Of a stretch of DNA of 64,000 nt, positions 12,975 to 24,394 are shown one piece after another (the first letter of the stretch is position 1; every line of letters begins with the position of its first letter). This stretch comes from Mobula hypostoma. Lineage: Eukaryota. The position numbers were made by a program, and so were the translations under genes. The stretch is taken from assembly GCF_963921235.1 (NCBI RefSeq), contig NC_086097.1:225558001-225622000 (forward strand), written 5' to 3'. The notes under the pieces were generated by a model. The model was not told the DNA's origin and did no database searches. It was given only the letters and a program-made list of their open reading frames with translations.

Positions 12975-13610
12975 CTAATTTTCCCCCAAAATATACTTCA
13001 TTCATGATATATACTGTAAGTACAAATGAAACTTGTCTTTCTATGTCAATTCAATATGTTCTCTTACAATGTTTGAAACCAGCTTTTTTCATTGATACCT
13101 AGATTCATTTAAAAAAATTATTTCAAATCTTAAACTGCTCTAGTAGGATTATAAATTTACATTCTCTGGATTATTATTCAATGTCTGAGTTTAAAATTCT
13201 GTAACATAATTTAGCAACCACACTCCCATTTCATTGGACTTCTCATTGATACTCTAAATTCCAAGATTGGTGGTATGAACACAATTTTAAATTTTACACA
13301 TTTTAGAAGCATGGAACATGCTTAAATAATTTCAAAACAGCTGTCAGCAATAAATTGAATTGTTCTATCACTGGAGAAAGGAGATAGGGCCAACATAGGA
13401 GTACAACGGTAATCCCATATGTAAAACTGTATTGAATGTTTCAGTTGGCTTGTCTAGCAGGTTGACTAGCTGGACAGGCAATCGTTCAGAATTAATTAAC
13501 ATGGGATTGCCTAGTTTGTTGTCTGGAAATCTATTTTTGGAAGATGAAGAGGGTGCAGTTTCTATTACCATCTCACCCCAATTCCTTAAGGTTCTTTATG
13601 TTTCCCTGAA
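12975..13610 (-). pseudogene. Possible decayed Tx1/L1 ORF2 C-terminus and 3' end
   Basis: Minus strand ends ..atgaatgaagtatattttgggggaaaa, resembling a Tx1-type aataaagtatattttg terminus; VLHMGLP is followed by a weak Cys-knuckle-like remnant. Confidence 0.3.
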
Positions 13611-13624
13611 TTCCCTTTGCTTCA

Positions 13625-15265
13625 GATCTGGACCTCTGTGGCTCCCTCTGCAACTGGATACTGGACTTCCTCACCAGGAAACCACAATCCATGCATTTTG
13701 GAAAGAACATCTTTACCTCACTGCCACTCAACAATGGCGCACCTCAGGGATATGTGCTTAACCCACTGCTCTTCCCTCTCTATACCCATGACTGTGTGGT
13801 TAGGCACATCTCAAATGTCATCTATAAATTTACTGATGATACAACCTTTGCTGGCAGATCTCAGAAGGTGACAAGAGGGCGTACTGGAACTAGGTAGATC
13901 AGTTTGTGGGGTGGTGTCGCAGAAACAACTTTGCACTCAGTGTCAGTAAGACAAAAGAGCTGATTGTGTACTTCAGAAAGGGTAAGATGAGGGAACACAT
14001 ACCAGTCCTCATAGAGGGATCAAGAGTGGAAAGAGTGAGCAATTTCAAGTTCCTGGGTGTTAAGATCTCTGAGAAACTAATCTGGTCCCAACATGTTGAT
14101 GCAGCTACAAAGAAGGTACAACAATGGTTATATTTCATTAGGAGTTTGAGGAGATTTTGTATGTCACCCAAAACAGTTGCAAATTTCTGCAGACGCACCG
14201 AGGAGAGTATTGTAACTGGCCACATCACCGTCCGGTATGGGGCGGGGGGGAGTGGTGCTACTGCACAGGATCGAAATAGGCCGCAAAGAATTGTAAACTT
14301 AGCTCCATCATGGGCACAAGCCTTCATATATTCCAGGACATCTTCAAGAAGCACAGCCTCAAAAAGGCAGTGTCCATCTCAAAGACGCCCATCACCCAGG
14401 ATGTGCCCTCTTCTCATTGCTACCATCAGTTAGGAATCAGAATCAGGTTTATTATCACCGGCATGTGAGGTGAATTTTTTAAACTTAGCAGCAGCAGTTC
14501 AATGCAATACATAATATAGCAGAGAGAGAAAAAAAATAAAATAAAACGTAATAATAAATAAAGAAGTAAATCAATTATGTATATTGAATAGATTTCTAAA
14601 AATGCGCAAAAAACAGAAATACTGTATATTAAAAAAAGTGAGGTAGTCCAAAGCTTCAAAGTCCATTTAGGAATCGGATGACAGAGGGGAAGAAGCTGTT
14701 CCTGAATCGCTGAGTGTGTGCCTTCAGGCTTCTGTATCTCCTACCTGATGGTAACAGTGAGAAAAGGGCATGCCCTGGGTGCTGGAGATCCTTAATAATG
14801 GACGCTGCCTTTTTGAGACACCGCTCCCTAAAGATGTCCTGGATATTTTGCAGGCTAGTGCCCAAGATGGAGCTGACAAGATTTACAACCTTCTGTGGCT
14901 TCTTTCAGTCCTGTGCAGCAGCCCCTCCATACCAGACAGTGATGTAACCTACCAGAATGCTTGCACGGTAGAACTATAGAAGTTTTTGAGTGTATTTGTT
15001 GACATGTCAGAAGCTTGAAAACACACATTCTTCCCCTTTGACATCCGATTTCTGAATGGACATTGAGCCCCTGAAAACTACCTCACTACTTCTTTATATA
15101 TATTCATTTGCACTACTTATTTAAGTTAACTATTATATACATATATATATATACACTTACTGTAATTCAGAGTTTTTTCTCTATTATCATGTATTGCATT
15201 GTACAGCTGCTGTAAAGGTAACAGATTTCAGAACGTATACTGGTGATATTAAACCTGATTCTGAA
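13625..15265 (+). mobile_element. Rex1/Babar-like LINE 3' half, interrupted by an antisense copy at 14433-15007
   Basis: GAPQGYVLNPLLF, KFTDDTT, SKTKELIV, FKFLGV; terminal attaaacctgattctga. Confidence 0.85.
14433..15007 (-). mobile_element. Rex1/Babar-like LINE 3' fragment, same family as its host, opposite strand
   Basis: gaatcagaatcaggtttatt tail; ORF IIKDLQHPGHALFSLLPSGRRYRSL. Confidence 0.85.
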
Positions 15266-15867
15266 TTTCCACTCAATGCTCTCTCTTATTGGCTCTGCAT
15301 GTTTATTTACTTTGTAAGTCCATTAGTTTTTAAAGCAGCACTTACTTGGGAATGTCATGTGCAACCACACAAACCCTATATTTTCTTCCTTTTACCAAAT
15401 AGCATATCTACTCGCATGTTTTCATTCTCTTGTCAACATCATCACACTAATATTCACCTTTCTGTCCCTGCTACAGGCAGCAGTGTCCTCCAGCCATTCT
15501 GAGACACCAGCAATTTCTCCCATACATCACCCTCCTACCTAACTGCAATGCTCACATTTGTCAAATTTAGGGTTCCAGATTGATCCCTGTGCTATCTTAC
15601 AAAGACCGTGAGCACTCTTCACCCTTGAAATTAATGCTAAGAGATCAGGGCCAACAATTTACACCATGCAGAGATGCATTTCCTACAAGCCCCCTTGTAG
15701 AATAATTGTAGATTATTTTGCAGTGGGATAGCATCAATACATCACCAATCCTCCATATAACTGTTAATAATTTTAAGTAAGCTGTGCACGTATGCAAGAA
15801 AGCAAAGGACCCGAATTAGTTATCATCTTTCTTCCAGATTTTTCAAGAATGCATTAAACCATTCAGA

Positions 15868-16316
15868 CACAGGTTGGAGGAGCAACACCTCATATACCGT
15901 TTAGGAAACCTCCGGCCCCTTGGTATGAAGATAGAATTCTCCAACTTTCGGTAATTCCCTCCCCCTCCCTTCCCCTATCCCTATGTTACTCTGCCTCCTC
16001 CTCCAGCTGCCTATCACCTCCTTTATGGTTCCACCTCCTTCTACTACCCATTTTGTTTTCCCCTATTCTTTCTTCACCTTTCCTGCCTATCCCCCCCCTG
16101 CCTCCCTTCCTCCACCCCTTTATCTTTCCCCTTACTGGTTTTTCACCTGGAATCTACCAACCTTCTCCTTCCTACCCTCCCCCCACCTTCTTTATAGGGT
16201 CTCTGCCCCTTCCCTCTACAGTCCTGACGAAGGGTTCCGGCCCGAAACGTCGACTGATCTTTTCCACAGATGCTGCCCGACCTGCTGAGTTCCTCCAGCG
16301 TGTTGTGAGTGTTGCA
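15868..16316 (+). mobile_element. Penelope-like element 3' fragment, second subfamily
   Basis: RLEEQHLIYRLGNLRPLGMKIEFSNFR*, pyrimidine-rich UTR, hammerhead, ends gtgttgc. Confidence 0.85.
16219..16256 (+). ncRNA. Minimal type I hammerhead ribozyme
   Basis: cagtc-CTGACGA-a ggg ttccgg ccc-GAAAC-GTC-gactg; 5-bp stem I; predicted cleavage after 16251. Confidence 0.8.
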
Positions 16317-16694
16317 GTCACACTCAATGCTTTTCAAAAGTTTGAAAGGCAGCTGAGCAAAGGATGGGTTGACTTTTTTGTGTCAAGGCACAACCTGACC
16401 CAATCCATTTCCTCTGCCCCCAGCAAGTGATTTCTTGAGCACACCCAAGACCCTGTTGTCACACTGTTTGCCTATTGAGGATTGGTCTGGTACTTCACAG
16501 GTCTTTGACACCAACAAGTCCAAGAGAAGTCATGTTTGTGCCTTACAGAGTAGATCTTGTGAGTATGGATGTGTTGCCAATGGCTGCAAATAGTGGGCCA
16601 AATTGATTGCTTATAGTTAGGATTTTCTGCAGCCGCATGTTACAATTAGTCTGCCAGCAAATCATACAATGGGGCATTCATATACTTGAAAGAT

Positions 16695-18337
16695 CACAGC
16701 AGAACAAGGAGGTCACCCTCAAAGCGGATCTCCCACCTGGTGAACTGCCTCTCTCACTTTCCACCTCCGATGTTTACGCCACCCTCAGCAGGGTGAATGT
16801 ACGGAAGGCAGCTGGTCCGGATGGAATACCTGGCCGTGTGCTCAGAGTCTGTGCAGGACAGTTGGCTGCGTTCTTCACGGACATTTTCAATTCGTCCCTG
16901 GCCCAGGCAGTTGTCCCCATAAGCTTCAAGATCGCCACCATCGTGCCAGTGCCAAAGCATTACACTGCCACGGGCCTGGATGACTTCCATCCAGTTGCAC
17001 TCATCCCCATCATTGCAAAGTGCTTTGAGAGACTGGTTTTGTCACATCTGAAATCCTGTCTGCCCATTACACTGAACCTCCATCAATTTGCCTATCACAC
17101 CAACAGGTCAACAGAGAACGCCATCTCCACGGTACTTCACTCTGCCCTCACCCACCTGAACAGCCCCAACTCTTACGTCAGACTGCTGTTCTTTAGTTCG
17201 GCACTCAATACTGTGATCCCCTCCAAGCTGATCACCAAACTTCACCAGCTTGGTATCAGTTCATCCCTCTGCAATTGGACTTTGGACTTTCTGACTAACA
17301 TACCCCAATCAGTTAAGTTAGACAACCACTCCTCCTCCACTCTCATCCTGAACACTGGCATGGCTCAAGGCTGTGTGCTGAGCCCTCTTCTGTACTCCCT
17401 TTTCACCTATGACTGCGTTCCTGTTCCTGTACATGGTTCTAACTCCATAATCAAGTTCGCAGGTGACACCACGGTGGTTGGCCTGATCAGAGGGGATGAT
17501 GAGATGGCCAACAGGAACAAGATCCAGTACTTGGCTGCATAGTGTGCCAACAACAACCTGGCCCTTAACACCCAGAAGACCAAGGAGATCATTGTGGACT
17601 TCAGGCATGCTAGGAGCCACACTCATGTCCCCATCTACATCAACAGAGCTGTAGTGGAGCGTGTATCAAGTTTCAAATTCCTTGGTGTCCACATTTCCAA
17701 GGATCTCACCTGATCCTTGAACTCCTCCATCCTGATCAAAAAGGCACAACAGCGCCTTTATTTCCTGCCGAGCATCAAGAAAGCTCACCTTTGTCCCAGG
17801 ATATTGACGGACTTTTACTGCTGTACCATTGAGAGCATACTCACCAACTACAACTCAGTGTGGTATGGCAATTGTCCCGTATCAGACCGCAAAGCACTCC
17901 AATGTGTGGTGAAATCTGCTCAGCAGATCATCGGCACCCAATTGCCTACCATTGAGAACATCTACCATAAATGCTGCCTGGCAGGGTAAGAAGCATTATC
18001 AAGGATGCATCTCACCCTAACCATGGACTTTTTACTCTCCTCCCATCCAGTAGGCGCTACAGGAGCCTCCGCTCCCACACCAGCAGGCACAGGAAGAGCT
18101 TCTTCCCTGAGGCTGTGACCCTGCTGAGCCTCACATCACAGCGCTAAGCAGTATTGCACCCATATTGTACTGTCTCAGTACTTTTATATTTATGTACTGT
18201 AGCACTTACTTTTTATTCGCAGTTATTTTGTAAATAACACTATTCCTTGCAATTCTGGTCAGATGCTAACTGCATTTCATTGGCTTTATATCTGTACTCG
18301 GCACAATGACAATAAAGTTGAATCTAATCTAATCTAA
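16695..18337 (+). mobile_element. Rex1/Babar-like LINE, 5'-truncated, (AATCT)n tail
   Basis: ORF 16607-17542 [42 protein letters not shown]; aataaag followed by (aatct)3. Confidence 0.9.
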
Positions 18338-18639
18338 TGAAAAGATAACATGAAGTTTGCAGACAGGGACAGCTTACATCTGGAACTATTATAAGGCATC
18401 AACACTTTAACAGTGATTGTCAGAAAATTCCACTGTTTTTACTTTACCTCATCCATGCTTTAGATTTTCTTTGTGCAATTAATTTTCTAAATTATCCCCT
18501 AATTTAAACTAGTAGATTGAATATATATCTTCCTCAATATTTTTCACTTAGAAGAATATTCAAATATTCTTTTCCCTTTCTTTTGATTCCTGTGTTCTGG
18601 ATCATCAGGATGCTACCTGGATTTAAATTTTGGTTAAAC

Positions 18640-20657
18640 CGGGAGATAAAATAAGTTGGAATTATTTTCCCAGAAATAAAGGAGGTTAAAGGGTGATCTG
18701 AAAGAGGTATACAAAACTATACGCGGCATTGAGGGGTAGATAGTAAGTATTATTTTCTCATAATGGGAGTATGAAAACGAGACAACATTAGTTTAATGTG
18801 AGAGAGATTAAAGATTAAAGAGATTAAAGGGAATTGGAGAAGAACATCTTTCCTTAGAGAGAGTAGTTGATATCTGGAACATGCTACAAAAGGAGGTGGT
18901 GAAACAAATACAATCAAAGTTACAGAGGCATTAGAGAGGAGCTGGCCAAAGTTGATTGGAAGGGAACACTGGCAGGGATGACAGCAGAATAACAATGGCT
19001 GGAGTTTCTGAAAGTAATTCAGAAGGTGCAGGATAGATACATCCCAAAGAAGAGGAAAAGAGGTTGAGGCAACTGACAGTGACAAGGGAAGTCAAGGACA
19101 GCATAAAAACAAAAGAGAGGGGACAAACTACAGCAAAAGTTAATAGGAAGATAGAGGATTGAGAAGCATTTAAAAACCAACAGAAGGCAACTAAAAAGCT
19201 ATAAGGGAAGAAAATCGTAATATGAATGTAAGCAAGACAATAATACAAAAGAGGATACAAAAAGTATTTTCAGATATCTAAAGAGTAAAAGAGAGGCAAA
19301 AGTGGATATTGGACTGATGGAAAATGACACTAGAGAGCTGGTAATAGCTGAAAAAAGTAGCAGTAGCACTGTGGAAGACATTAGCAGAATGCCAGAAATT
19401 CGGGAGTGTCGGGGCAGAAGTGAGTGTAGTTGCAATTACTAAGGAGAAGGTGCTTGGGATGCAGAAGGTCTGAAGGTAGATAAACCTCCTGGAACAGATG
19501 GACTATATTCCAGGACTGTGAAAGGTGCAGCTAAAAAGGTGTGGATCCAGAACTGACTTGCCCTCAGAAGGCAAAGAGTGGTTGTAGACGGGTCATATTC
19601 TACATGGAGGCCGGTGACCAGTGGTGTGTCTCAGGGATCTGTTCTGGGACCCCTATTCTTTATGATTTTTATAAATGACCTGGATGAGGAAGTGGAGGGA
19701 TGGGGTAGTAAATTTGCTGATGACACAAAGGTTGGAGGTGTTGTGGATAGTGTGGAGGGCTGTCAGAGGTTACAACGGGACATCAATAGGATGCAAAACT
19801 GGGCTGAGAAGTGGTAGATGGAGTTCAACCCAGATAAGTGTGAGGTGGTTCATTTTGGTATGTCAAATATGGTGACGGAATATAGTATTAATGGTAAGAC
19901 TCTTGGCAGTGTGGAGGATCAGAGGCACCTTGAGGTCCAAGTCACTCAAAGCCGCTGTGCAGGTTGACTCTGTGGTTAAGAAGGCATACCGTGTATTGGC
20001 CTTCATCAATTGAGTTTAAGAGCCGAGATGTAATGTTGCAGCTATATAGGACCCTGGTCAGACCCTACTTGGAGTACTGTGCTCAATTCTGGTTGCCACA
20101 CTATAGGAAGGATGTGGAAACCATAGAAAGGGTGCAGAGGAGATCTACAAGGATGTTGCCTGGATTGGGGAGCATGCCTTATGAGAATAGATTGAGTAAA
20201 CTTGGCCTTTTCTCTTCGGAGTGATGGAGGATGAGAGGTGACCTGATAGAGGTGTACAAAATAATGAGAGGCATTAATCGTGTGGATAGTCAGAGGCTTT
20301 TCCCCAGGGCTGAAATGGTTAGAATGAGAGGGCATAGTTTTAAGGTGCTTGGAAGTAGGTACAGAGGAGATGTCAGGGATACGTTTTTTATGCAGAGAGT
20401 GATGAGTGCATGGAATGGGCTGCTGGCGGCGGTGGTGGAGGTGGAAATGATAGGGTCTTTTAAGAGACTCCTGGATGGCTACATGGAGCTTAGAAAAATA
20501 GAGGGCTATGGGTAAAGCCTAGGTAGTTCTAAGGTAGGGACATGCTTGGCTCAGCTTTGTGGACAAAGGGCTTGTATTGTTGTGTATGTCTTCTATGTTT
20601 CTAAAAGATTGTACAGGCATTAGTAATGATCTTTCAAGAATAACTAGATTCCGGAAT
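18640..20657 (+). mobile_element. Old CR1 fragments with a younger CR1 RT/3' piece nested at ~19540-20602
   Basis: Inner piece [28 protein letters not shown] and ttctatgtttct tail; host sequence resumes across a ctaaaag-like duplication. Confidence 0.85.
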
Positions 20658-20664
20658 GAATAAT

Positions 20665-20935
20665 AAACTCTTATCGGGCTTCCAGCTGAGTACAGGTATC
20701 AATTTTAACCAGTACTTTGATGAAAAACTCTGCCTTCTTCATCTGGGATTATGCTTAGGCATGTCTAGTCCGTTGGTAGATATCCACCCGCTCCCCCCCG
20801 ACCGTTGTCCATCCCTCCTGATTGGTTAGTCCTCATCCAATCAGGTTTTTGCTGTCCCACTTTGTTTTGAATTGAATTCCAGGTCCCACTCTAAATAAAA
20901 ACTGGAATTTGGTTGTAAAGAAGGTGGGACAATGA
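20665..20935 (-). mobile_element. Relic of another Penelope-like terminal repeat with a decayed hammerhead and fold-back end
   Basis: Minus strand cccAGATGAagaaggcagagtttttcatcAAAg resembles CUGAUGA-stem-GAAA; inverted repeat 20853-20882/20902-20931. Confidence 0.4.
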
Positions 20936-21146
20936 AGTGTGAAGCTAGAAAGCGATGGCTGGAGTCTCCTGTTAACAAATGTGTTAGTGCTCTTCTATCA
21001 AGAGCAAACATGACATGATGTTAGACGTCGACATGAGGTCTAAGTACGAAGTGTAATTGAAAGCTATGAGCGACTAAGAAAGAGATGCTAGGTTCTGACA
21101 GAGTGAAACTGCTGGCAAGAGAGCATGCTGTCCTGAAGTTCACCAA

Positions 21147-21572
21147 GAAGTTCATTCGTAAGGCCAGTGATGTTGTGGGGATGGAACTGGACTCTCTCAC
21201 GGTGGTGTCTGAAACAAGGATGCTGTCTAAGCTGCATGCCATCTTGTTCAATGTCTCCCATCCACTACATAATGTACTGGGTGGGCACAGGAGTACATTC
21301 AGCCAGAGACTCATTCCTCTGAGATGCAGCACAGAGTGTCATAGGAAGTCATTCCTGCCTGTGGCCATCAAACTTTACAACTCCTCCCTTGGAGGGTCAG
21401 ATATCCGGAGCTAATAGGCTGGTCCTGGATTTATTTCATAATTTACTGGCATAATTTACATATCACTATTTAACTATTTATGGTTCTATTACTATTTATT
21501 ATTTACGGAGCAACTGTAACGAAAACCAATTTCCCCTGGGATTAATAAAGTATGACTATGACTATGACTATG
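21147..21572 (+). mobile_element. Rex1/L2-like LINE 3' fragment with (TATGAC)n tail
   Basis: KFIRKASDVVG..HPLH..RKSFLPVAIKLYN; aataaag then tatgac x3. Confidence 0.8.
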
Positions 21573-21606
21573 AAGAAATTAAGGTAAGAGGCTAAAAATC
21601 CCCTGA

Positions 21607-22230
21607 ATGGATAAACTAAGTCTTCTTGCACCTATGCAGTTTACGAGAATTTAACTGATAACTGAAAACGCTTCAAACAATGATTCAATATAATTTTAGT
21701 GGTGACCAGAGCCAGAAGGGCAGAGGAAGAATTGAAAATGTCTATCTTTCGACATGTAATTGGTCAAGATACTTTGGACATCTACAACAGCTTTCAAATT
21801 GATGAGTGTCTTTATATTAGACACTCTAGTGACAAAGTTTGAGGAGTATTTTGTCTGGAGAAAACATCACATTTGAAAGATATAAGTTATTCTCCCATGA
21901 ACAGAAACAAGGTGTTAGCTTTGACTGAGCTTCTTACACTGAGTAGGTCCTGTGAGTCTGGAGATTTGGCAGGCTCACTAGTCAGAGACATGGTAGTTTG
22001 TGGAATCCCAGATAATGGACTCAGAGAAAGATTGCTCCATGAAAAGGATTTGACACTCGAGAAGGCTGTGAATATGTGTAGGGCAGTGGAGACCAACTGA
22101 TCATATGTTAAGTAGCTGCACAGCAGAGGGAACAGTGCATACTGTGAAAACAGAGGGGCAGAGCACAAGGCAAAGTGTTAGGCTCATATAGCAAATGCAG
22201 CACATGTGGAGGAAGGCACATCCCAAAGAA
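21607..22230 (+). pseudogene. Ty3/Gypsy gag relic
   Basis: MDKL.., HVIGQDTLDIYNSF, KFEEYF, NITFERY, LVRDMVVCGIPDNGLRERLLHEKDLTLEKAVNMCRAVE, KCSTCGGRH zinc-knuckle remnant. Confidence 0.85.
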
Positions 22231-22498
22231 TTATTATAAGAAAGGAACCCTGAAATAAAACTTTAAAATGTGGAAGCACTCAGGTGATCAGGCAGCACCT
22301 GTGGGAATGAGATGGACAGTTTCTCTTTTCATAGCTGCTGCATGTTTTTCTGAGTGTTTTCAGTATGATGCAGGAAACAAGAAGCTGATCTTTGGTATTT
22401 AGGGACAGTGGTTTTACACTGTATAATATTACCTAGCCTAGGAAAGCTCTCCTTCAGCTACTTAAGCTTACATTTGAACCACTGGATGATGGGATTAA

Positions 22499-22601
22499 CA
22501 CTCTCTGTTAGCTCAGATTCAGCACCAGTACTTCTGACTGCTGCCCGGTAGATGAGCAGCAGTCAAAAGTACAGGTGCTGAATCTGAGATAACGGAGAGT
22601 G
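22499..22601. repeat. 46-bp-arm palindrome (42/46 matched) with an 11-nt loop
   Basis: cactctctgttagctcagattcagcaccagtacttctgactgctgc / gcagcagtcaaaagtacaggtgctgaatctgagataacggagagtg. Confidence 0.9.
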
Positions 22602-22975
22602 CCAGTCAGCATTGAACTCAATGTAGTAATGCCTTAGGGCTCTAGCTCCATAATTTTCCTTAAGGGTTAGTCCTGAAGCATTCCCTGGGAGTGGGCAAAG
22701 CCACAAGGCAGCAGAGGTTTGAGATCAGAGTTTTCTGAGCAACTTAGAGAGTTTTACAGTAAACTCTGTAAGGCATTACATGAACCCTATGCTACCGTGC
22801 CTAAGGCATTACTACATTGAGTTCAACGCTGATTGGCAACTCCTGCGATGCCGCTTGTGCCAAACAGTATCGGTCTCTGCCGTTCCCTTGGATTCTTCAG
22901 CCGCATGGAGAAGGGGAGCCGGCTGCATGGGCAACAGCTTGCTCTCCATGTTGTACTGCCCTGGCTTGTGTGACA
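22600..22975. mobile_element. RTE-like non-autonomous fragment with inverted 5' part
   Basis: 22600-22737 is antisense and 22800-22975 sense relative to the copy at 56440-57020; carries the RTE-type gaaaactctgatctcaaac motif. Confidence 0.6.
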
Positions 22976-23039
22976 TAGTTAGGATTCAACGGACCTGTGG
23001 AGGGCCTCAATGCTTTATAGTGCCTGTTGTAAGATAAGC

Positions 23040-23290
23040 ATCCAATCGCTGCCTCCGACTGAAAAAAGCTGCGTGTCTTTCCTCTGGGCGTTCCGATCTC
23101 CTCCTGCATTCCAGATACATTTAAGTTAGAATTAATAAGTTGTGAGCAATGCCCTGTTGGTATTGGAAGCATAGTGACACTTGCGGCCTGCCTCGCCCCG
23201 ACACAACAGATCCTCAACACAGATTACACATTTCTCTGTATGTTCTGATGCTTCAATATACATGTAACCAATAAAGCTAATCTCTCTTTC
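23040..23290 (+). mobile_element. SINE body and 3' end
   Basis: Shares tttcctctgg..tccgat and catgtaaccaataaagctaatct with 48628-48915. Confidence 0.55.
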
Positions 23291-24394
23291 GATCTCCTTT
23301 ACTGTATGAGTCCTGCAGAAACCCCTTCTCAATAGCATCAAACTGCAACTCTGCCTTGCTTTTGCACCGACATCTGCAAGATCCTTTCTCTGCACCATTG
23401 AAGCCAAAAGGCAGTCCCTAATGATGGGGTGGCATTAGTTAACTTGGCTCCTGACCCTTGCATGCTCCCCGCTAAGTGCACTGAAGATGCATTTAAATGA
23501 GATGACCTTGCAATATGTGCTGAGGTCAGCCCATTGAACCAAGAGTGGCAAAGGAACTGCATTTGCAGTGCTGTTTTATCCTCTTCAAATCATTTTACAT
23601 TCTTCCCCAAATGAGGTTTTGAAGGAAGCCCACCAAAGTGAAAATGATTGCATTTAACGTCCAGAAATTGTCGCTGATAATACCAGTACTCTGAACAAAA
23701 TCCCCCATTTTATAGTTTAAAGTGCATTCGTAATTTATTTTGAAAAGATCAACAATTTCATTAGCATTGGATTTTCAGGGTTCTAGATGTTTGATATTTC
23801 ATGCTTGTTTTCAATAGCTTCTTCCATGGCTTTAAAACGAATCAAATTATTCAGGTGGGGAAATAGTATTTTCCTAGAATGTGGAATCTTTGGCTAAAAT
23901 ACAAGAGGTGATAGTTCAAATTGAGTTTATTGTCATTCAACACCTATATACCACCAAACGTCAAGGTGCACAATACACTACACGTAACTCACAAACACAA
24001 TGCATAAAATAGTATTATCACAAATAAATTAACAACTAACAAGATGCATTTATGTGCAAAATGAATAGTGAACTTACAATCCAGCACCACACAATCTGTC
24101 TGATGAGCGTTTCCATTGACACCAGTGCTGAAAAGTATCACTGAACTTCATTTCCATTGATCTTAACCTCACTAAGCCCAGTCTGCCTGTGCTGATCATT
24201 CTTTCCTTCAATGATATGTCCACCATCATCATCTCAATTACTTTCTCATTCTTTGCATGCCTTTATATTCTTTCTTTCCTCATATAGGTCCCATTTTCTG
24301 ATATAGTGCTCTGAAAAGTAATTTATGGTATAGCTTCCCAGAATTCTTCTGTGAGCAATACCTATCTATTTAATTTTGAGTAGTACTCCCATCT

